64,000 bases of DNA, taken from IMG/VR virus record IMGVR_UViG_3300020046_005360; one strand, written 5' to 3'. Each line of letters begins with the position of its first letter. Position 1 is the first letter of the stretch. A program made the translations under genes and the position numbers. The stretch comes from a virus. Lineage: Duplodnaviria; Caudoviricetes. Below, piece by piece: positions 58,109 to 64,000 of this stretch. The notes below the pieces were generated by a model. The model saw only the letters and a program-made list of their open reading frames with translations, was not told the DNA's origin and did not search any database.

Positions 58109-58549
58109 TTATATAAAATCTTTACGATGGAATTTTCCAAGGATTGAGTTATTGAAGGAATCAGTTTGTAACACATTATAACTGAATTGATATTGTGTTT
58201 CAAAATAAGTAAGTTGTTTTGATGAATAAGCTAATTGTATTATAACTCGTTCGAAATTATCTTTACCTTTCTTTTTAATTTCTTCATTTAATTCTTTACT
58301 TGAACCCCAGTATGTCAACCAATCACTTTCACTCTTTACTCGTTTAGTAGTAGGTCTACGTCCTGGTTTTACTTCTATTAGAGCGAGTTCTTTTTTCCCT
58401 AATTTCTTTTTTCTATCGAATATTAATTGTTTTTTTCCGATATATATTCTTCCTGTTTCTATTTCTGTTATACGGTAAATGAAACCAAAGGCTCCATCAA
58501 ATTCTTCTATATTATTATATTCTTTTCCTTGTAGGTTTGTCCAAGTCAT
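58109..58549 (-). CDS. GIY-YIG nuclease (T4 EndoII-like)
   Basis: GFIYRIT...YIGKK...ESDWLTYWGSS. Confidence 0.75.
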   Translation of the reverse strand: MTWTNLQGKEYNNIEEFDGAFGFIYRITEIETGRIYIGKKQLIFDRKKKLGKKELALIEVKPGRRPTTKRVKSESDWLTYWGSSKELNEEIKKKGKDNFERVIIQLAYSSKQLTYFETQYQFSYNVLQTDSFNNSILGKFHRKDFI

Positions 58550-58563
58550 ATTTTTGTTTTAGG

Positions 58564-58842
58564 TTACATATCAATCCTTACTACTATGCATGTATCAGTT
58601 GTAGAAGATAAAGGTATGGGTTGTGCTAATTTAGCTACTGCTATTAATTCATTAGTATCATTATACAATCCTACTGTGGTAATATATGGAGAAAAAGTTT
58701 CCTCTAAAGCAAATTCTTTTAAATCACCATATGAACCCGTTTGTAATGTTGGATTTTGTGAATAATTTAATTCATTTTCTCCAATAATACAACGTATTTC
58801 AGTTTCATATATTATATAATTATTTTTAAATTTTAAATCCAT
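58564..58842 (-). CDS. Stand-alone baseplate/tail-collar C-terminal domain
   Basis: ITTVGLYNDTNELIAVAKLAQP, matches the C-terminus of 61726..62745. Confidence 0.65.
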   Translation of the reverse strand: MDLKFKNNYIIYETEIRCIIGENELNYSQNPTLQTGSYGDLKEFALEETFSPYITTVGLYNDTNELIAVAKLAQPIPLSSTTDTCIVVRIDM

Positions 58843-58866
58843 TTATTTATTTTGTTTAACATGAAG

Positions 58867-59664
58867 TTAAATATTTACTTTCCCTTCTGTATCAATACGT
58901 ACAACTTGATTTAATTCTTGTGATTTATAATATAAATTATAACCATCAGCTTTATTTGATAGTCCACCATCATACCATAACTGTGCTCCATTTATTAAAG
59001 TAGGAGCATCATTAAAATATACTACTGGATAAGATGTTGCAGCATAAGCTTCACTAATAGTACTTACACCTGGAGAGAAACGGTGGTAATACGAGGGAGT
59101 TGGTTCAATACATTTTGCTTCTTGAATATTAGAATATGAAGAAGAATTTGATCCTGAACATATAGATTTAGCTCTAAAATACACAGGTGAATATCGATTT
59201 AATGGTAAAGTTAATAATCCACTAGGTGAAGTTTCAGATCTATTAGTTAATCCATTTGATATATTTACAGATAAAGGGCTAATTATACTTCCTGAATAAT
59301 CTGTCACTGTAGTTCCTTTTACTTCTCCTGTAAATCCAGAATTTAGACAGTATTCTACTCTTAATCCAGAAATAGGATTAGATCCTGCTTCTATATTAAA
59401 TTGATATGTGTAGTTATATGAGCTATCACAAAACTGAGATGTAGCTGGGTGTAATATAGGTGCTACACATAATAATGGTACTACACAATTATAAGGATCA
59501 TATGTTTTATAATAAAATAATTGATTACATAATGATGAAGATATAAAATCAGACCCGGAATCGAATGTTACTGTGAATGAAGATGTTACTATTGATCCTG
59601 AACTAGGTCCTGTTGTAAATATCTGTATTACTTGTGGATTTATTTTATATCCAGTGTTTGCCAT
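58867..59664 (-). CDS. Putative virion structural protein
   Basis: MANTGYK start, Cys/Ser-rich. Confidence 0.55.
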   Translation of the reverse strand: MANTGYKINPQVIQIFTTGPSSGSIVTSSFTVTFDSGSDFISSSLCNQLFYYKTYDPYNCVVPLLCVAPILHPATSQFCDSSYNYTYQFNIEAGSNPISGLRVEYCLNSGFTGEVKGTTVTDYSGSIISPLSVNISNGLTNRSETSPSGLLTLPLNRYSPVYFRAKSICSGSNSSSYSNIQEAKCIEPTPSYYHRFSPGVSTISEAYAATSYPVVYFNDAPTLINGAQLWYDGGLSNKADGYNLYYKSQELNQVVRIDTEGKVNI

Positions 59665-59675
59665 AATTATTTTTG

Positions 59676-61676
59676 TTATATGTTTTCACAATAAGATCCA
59701 CTATAAATATATTGTCTTCCATACACTTCTTGGTAAATTGTTTTCTTACAACCATTATTATCAGTAACAGAAGCTGTTAATATTAATGGATTTAAATTAT
59801 CATAATATAATTGGATATTATTACTATCTGAATTGTATATACTTCCAGATGAAAAGACTTTATAAGTATATGGAGCTACTCCTCCACTAACATTCAATAT
59901 TATATTAGAGAAACATGGGTTTGAGTAATCTATAGATGATGATAATACCATTTCACTAAACGTTCCTATTATTACACTTGACGTTTGTGAACAATATCCA
60001 TCATATGTTTGGATTGAATATGAACCTGATGCTAGATTATTTAAATATAATGATGATGTGTTGTATGAAGATGTAGTTAAGTCTGGTTTAATTATTCTTA
60101 TAGATATATTATTTGAGTAAGTTCCTTGGAAATTATTTATAGTTAAAGTTCCACTATTAATACAAGTAACATCACTATAAATAGTATTATATGAATATGG
60201 GTTTAGATTACTTGAACTAAAAGATGATGTTAAAACACATCCTTCAGTATTATATAAATAAACATAATGACTTCCTGTTGAAACTAATACAGAAGCTGTT
60301 ATAGGGTATTGTATCGGATTTGAATCTATTTTAAAATAAGAAGCATTTGATGATGTAACTGTAAATATTCCTCCACTTACATCACAAGATGGTAGTGGTT
60401 TTATATTTAAGTTATATATAATAGGTTCTTCAAAAGCATTAAATGATGTTGAAGTTATATTATTTATATAATCTTTAACATATAATGAGCTTGATAATGA
60501 ATTTACACTTCCTGTAACTGTTATATTATTAAATCCAGGTATACTAGTATAATTTATATTATCGAATGAATAACTATATACAGGAACCCCATAATCTATA
60601 TCAAAACTGTAACTAACACTTCCTGTAGTATTATTACATATTTTTTCTACATTTAGATTATTTATTTCTAGTTTTTGTTGTATTATATTTAAATATATAT
60701 ATCCTAAATTACTTTGTAGTCCTGTATTATTATTAACAGTATATCCTATTTTATAAGAACCAGGAACATAACTAGTTTGATTATCTACTAAATATAAAAA
60801 CCCATCAACTCCTATAAAACTGTCAGGAAAATCATATCCTTCTATAGGAATTAAAACAACACTACTAAAATCTATACCTCCACAATCTGAATAATCATTT
60901 TCTGTAATATCATAATTAATAGATCTAGAAACATTTAGTTCAGTATAATAGTTATTTATTGCGGTTGGAGGTGAACCTAATAAACATATATAATCTTGGT
61001 TTGTTACAACTACTAATCCTAAAGAATAAAATATATTCCCAATATAAATGGCTGTAGGAATGCCCGATTCTATTATTTCATTATAATTTTCCTCTGTTGT
61101 ATAATCAAATACATTTCCTTCTCCATCATCTTTTACATAATAACTCCCTGATTCTAATAAAAATGTGTTTGGTAGAATATTATTCCCATAAAGGTTTTTA
61201 TCTATTGAGATAATTGTTACTAAACTTCCTCTATAAGCATCAAAAAAGGTTTCATCATATAATGAGGTGTTATCATATACATTAGAATCATTATATATGC
61301 TATTAACCCCTTGAAATGAGGATCCACTTTCTTTTGATATTCTTCTTAAATTTGTATCAAAAGTACCAGAATATAAAGTAGTTTGAGGGTAATCATAATA
61401 TGAAGAAGATGTTGTAAGAGATCCACTATCTATATAATTTTTATAAAATAAATGTTTAACAGAATTAAATATTAATCTTTTATATTCATTATTAGAAGTT
61501 TGGTTATCATTAACAGGATCAAAATAATTTATTATATCATTTATAGTATATTCACCAAAATATAAAGTTATTCCACTTCCAGATATATTTGATATATCAA
61601 AATTGTATTGTTTATTAGCATAATATGGGGATATTGTTACATTTTCGGGATGGATTTTTTTATATGCAAAACTCAT
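59676..61676 (-). CDS. Baseplate/fibre protein with Ig-like and SprB-like repeats
   Basis: DDGEGN..IGNIFY; PTAINN; VSGGVAPYTY...VTDNNGC. Confidence 0.6.
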   Translation of the reverse strand: MSFAYKKIHPENVTISPYYANKQYNFDISNISGSGITLYFGEYTINDIINYFDPVNDNQTSNNEYKRLIFNSVKHLFYKNYIDSGSLTTSSSYYDYPQTTLYSGTFDTNLRRISKESGSSFQGVNSIYNDSNVYDNTSLYDETFFDAYRGSLVTIISIDKNLYGNNILPNTFLLESGSYYVKDDGEGNVFDYTTEENYNEIIESGIPTAIYIGNIFYSLGLVVVTNQDYICLLGSPPTAINNYYTELNVSRSINYDITENDYSDCGGIDFSSVVLIPIEGYDFPDSFIGVDGFLYLVDNQTSYVPGSYKIGYTVNNNTGLQSNLGYIYLNIIQQKLEINNLNVEKICNNTTGSVSYSFDIDYGVPVYSYSFDNINYTSIPGFNNITVTGSVNSLSSSLYVKDYINNITSTSFNAFEEPIIYNLNIKPLPSCDVSGGIFTVTSSNASYFKIDSNPIQYPITASVLVSTGSHYVYLYNTEGCVLTSSFSSSNLNPYSYNTIYSDVTCINSGTLTINNFQGTYSNNISIRIIKPDLTTSSYNTSSLYLNNLASGSYSIQTYDGYCSQTSSVIIGTFSEMVLSSSIDYSNPCFSNIILNVSGGVAPYTYKVFSSGSIYNSDSNNIQLYYDNLNPLILTASVTDNNGCKKTIYQEVYGRQYIYSGSYCENI

Positions 61677-61725
61677 ATTATTATATAGGTTGGTGTTTTA
61701 ATTAAAGAAGTTTGGTGAATTAATT

Positions 61726-62745
61726 TTAGAAATCTATTTTAACTCTCAAAAGTAGTTCTTTTGTAAAATCTTTAGTTAATGGTTTTGATAGTTTAGCTAC
61801 TGCTAATAATTCGTTAGCACTATTATATAATCCAACAGTAGTAATAAAAGTTTGAGGATTATTAATTAAAGTATCATAATAAAATTCTCCATTGCTATTT
61901 ATTACTGATGGATTCGAAGTGTAATTAAATTCACCATTTTTTACTCTTATAAAGATATAATCAGATGTTATAGTTTCTTCACTATTTAAAGAAAAACGAC
62001 TTCCAGCATTAATACTATTAAATAATTCAATATTATTATTATCCTTAGCACCATCATTTGGACTAAAATCAATACTCATACCTATACCCCCATTAGCTTT
62101 TGAAAGTGCTAAGGCTCTTGGATTTAATAATATTAACCCAACATCAGGTAGAAATTTACCATAAGAACCGGATACCGTTTTACCACCCCCAGTAATAGAT
62201 TTTCCATCACTACCACTAACAATATCAAATACTCTACCAGCATCACAATAACTAACTACAGTCGAATCTTTACTATTATTAGTTAAAGATACAGAGGATG
62301 TTGATTTACTTAATACTAGATTAAACGTAGATAAAAATAGTTTTTCTTTATATCTAGATCTATTTATATTAATAGAATAAAAATCTACAGAATCTGTATT
62401 TCCACTACCAAAATTTATCGGTGTATTTTCATCTCCATTTATTAATGTTCTAATTTGTCCATAAGTAATTCTTGTTGGAGATAAACTAGGTACTATAGGA
62501 TTTATAAGAGCTGAACCAGATCCATTTTTATTTCCATATATTATAGAAAATTGGGGAGAAGGAGAAGTTGGAGAATTTGGATCTAAATTAATATCAGATG
62601 AATATACATCTAAATAAGGTTTTGTATTTTCTGCTGATGATTTATATATATTATTTATTATAGGTTTTCCTTCGCTCCATAATGTAGATACTATAGAGTC
62701 TGAACTTATTACTATGTCTTCTGGATTTAATGTTGAAAAACTCAT
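61726..62745 (-). CDS. Baseplate structural protein
   Basis: EFNYTSNP...ITTVGLYN..LLAVAKLSKP. Confidence 0.6.
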   Translation of the reverse strand: MSFSTLNPEDIVISSDSIVSTLWSEGKPIINNIYKSSAENTKPYLDVYSSDINLDPNSPTSPSPQFSIIYGNKNGSGSALINPIVPSLSPTRITYGQIRTLINGDENTPINFGSGNTDSVDFYSININRSRYKEKLFLSTFNLVLSKSTSSVSLTNNSKDSTVVSYCDAGRVFDIVSGSDGKSITGGGKTVSGSYGKFLPDVGLILLNPRALALSKANGGIGMSIDFSPNDGAKDNNNIELFNSINAGSRFSLNSEETITSDYIFIRVKNGEFNYTSNPSVINSNGEFYYDTLINNPQTFITTVGLYNSANELLAVAKLSKPLTKDFTKELLLRVKIDF

Positions 62746-63404
62746 TAATTGTTGTTTTTTATAAGGGTTAAAGGGATTGTTACTCTAGCTCCAGAGTCTC
62801 TTCCTACTATTGTTATTATGGTTGATATGGAGGTTTGTGTACCAAATAATGTATTGATTGTAGTACCAGTAATATTTAATACTGTTCCTATAACTGTTTT
62901 AGATACGTTTGTTCCTAAAGTAGTTGTTGAATTTATATTATTAACTTCTTGTGTACTTATACCAGTTCCCTCAAATAATGATACTAATCTTGAATCACCA
63001 ATATTAAAAGTATAACCAGATGATTCAAAAGTTGCGTTAGCTCCTAAATAATTTAATGTTTGAGGTGTTATTGAAAGAGAGGCTCCTTGTTTTAATGATA
63101 TCGCAGTATAACCAACATCTAGTATAGGAAGTTTTGCTGTTCCTCTAGGTAAAGTTAATAATTTATATTTCATTATTTGATTTTCATCCGGGAACGCTTC
63201 TAATATAGGCATTGCTTCTATAGCTTCTCCAAAAAAAGCAGAACCTGATGGATGATTTGGGTTATATAACGTATAATCTATTTCATCATCAGATAAAGCA
63301 AATTGTGTAATTTTAAAAGAGCCATCATTTTTAGCTAATAATTCTCTTCCTTTCTTCGTAAGAATACTATCTATTGTTATAGCATCTCCATTTAAGTATC
63401 CCAT
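62745..63404 (-). CDS. Baseplate wedge / tail-collar-like protein
   Basis: ILTKKGRELLA...ITQFALSDDEIDY. Confidence 0.6.
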   Translation of the reverse strand: MGYLNGDAITIDSILTKKGRELLAKNDGSFKITQFALSDDEIDYTLYNPNHPSGSAFFGEAIEAMPILEAFPDENQIMKYKLLTLPRGTAKLPILDVGYTAISLKQGASLSITPQTLNYLGANATFESSGYTFNIGDSRLVSLFEGTGISTQEVNNINSTTTLGTNVSKTVIGTVLNITGTTINTLFGTQTSISTIITIVGRDSGARVTIPLTLIKNNN

Positions 63405-63411
63405 ATTATTT

Positions 63412-64000
63412 TTATATTTTATATTTAAAAATTAATCCTTTGTAATTATCTTTTTTACCTTTCAAAACTTTAATAATGGAAGAATGATCTATATTTAATA
63501 TTTGTTCTGCTTCTTTTATACTATTAAATTCTTGGTTAGTATTTACACATATAATACTTTTTGATTTTGATTGAATAAATTTATTTATGTGTTCTTCACT
63601 ATGTTTATTAAATATTCCTCTTTTTTCTTGAGTTTCTAAAGTTTGAGGAATATTTAATCTATTATTCTTTTGTTTTTCTCTAGTAGAATTATCCACTATT
63701 TTATTTTTATGTATAGAAGATATAAAAGATTTCCATTCATTTGTATTTCTTTTTTCTTTGAATTTAATTTTCATTTCTTCATTCCATCTTCCTCCAATAC
63801 CTAATTCCTTTAAATTTAAACCTTCTTTTATAACATTATAAAAATTACCCCAATAAATTTCTCTTTCATTAAGTAACTCTACAGAACATTCTTCTATTTT
63901 TTCAAAATTATGATTTTCAGGACCATATTTTTTAAGAGAATTATAAAGTTTTTGTTGGCCTTTACATTGTAATTTTTTATAATATTTAAATCTATTTTCC
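63412..64000 (-). CDS. GIY-YIG/NUMOD homing endonuclease (5' end outside window)
   Basis: Frame stays open to the window end (LYNSLKKYG..NF..IEEC..LNEREIYW); C-terminal FNSIKEA HTH-like. Confidence 0.7.
   Translation of the reverse strand, partial: ENRFKYYKKLQCKGQQKLYNSLKKYGPENHNFEKIEECSVELLNEREIYWGNFYNVIKEGLNLKELGIGGRWNEEMKIKFKEKRNTNEWKSFISSIHKNKIVDNSTREKQKNNRLNIPQTLETQEKRGIFNKHSEEHINKFIQSKSKSIICVNTNQEFNSIKEAEQILNIDHSSIIKVLKGKKDNYKGLIFKYKI

Noticed and set aside
4906-63015. Short plus-strand ORFs in the six-frame track (e.g. 13071, 36249, 40646, 56224)
   Set aside because: Antisense shadows of well-supported minus-strand genes with no recognisable motifs
1-64000. Stop-codon reassignment
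   Set aside because: The standard code gives long, densely packed, coupled ORFs, with TAA, TAG and TGA all ending genes
1-64000. tRNA genes or group I introns
   Set aside because: No cloverleaf-like or long structured non-coding stretches seen; core genes are uninterrupted except for the intein; a covariance search was not possible

Overview
AT-rich window from a large T4-like (contractile-tailed) bacteriophage, almost all genes on the minus strand. The host is probably a Bacteroidota/Flavobacterium-type bacterium (inference from SprB-like domains, TAnnTTT-like promoters and no evident Shine-Dalgarno sites). It holds the head module (terminase with a LAGLIDADG intein, portal, prohead protease, scaffold, major capsid, neck), tail genes (sheath, tube, a probably frameshifted tail chaperone, start of a probable tape measure, baseplate/fibre genes), primase and exonuclease, auxiliary enzymes (PhoH, Sir2, RNA ligase, phosphoesterase, HAD nucleotidase, FAD oxidoreductase) and about nine free-standing homing-type endonucleases. 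The most striking feature is the peptide tag (hydrophobic/polar)-x-E|IK(V/I)NxP, found 23 times in 11 ORFs, plus three unannotated mini-ORFs that begin MK(V/I)NNPN. The tag follows a T4 gp21-type cleavage site and heads short variable modules, one of which (66 aa) is shared by two genes 32 kb apart. Several genes also carry a [13 protein letters not shown] leader that matches the scaffold C-terminus. This looks like a modular, protease-released capsid-cargo system. Three homing endonucleases have also left duplicated 5' stubs of the genes they sit in front of.
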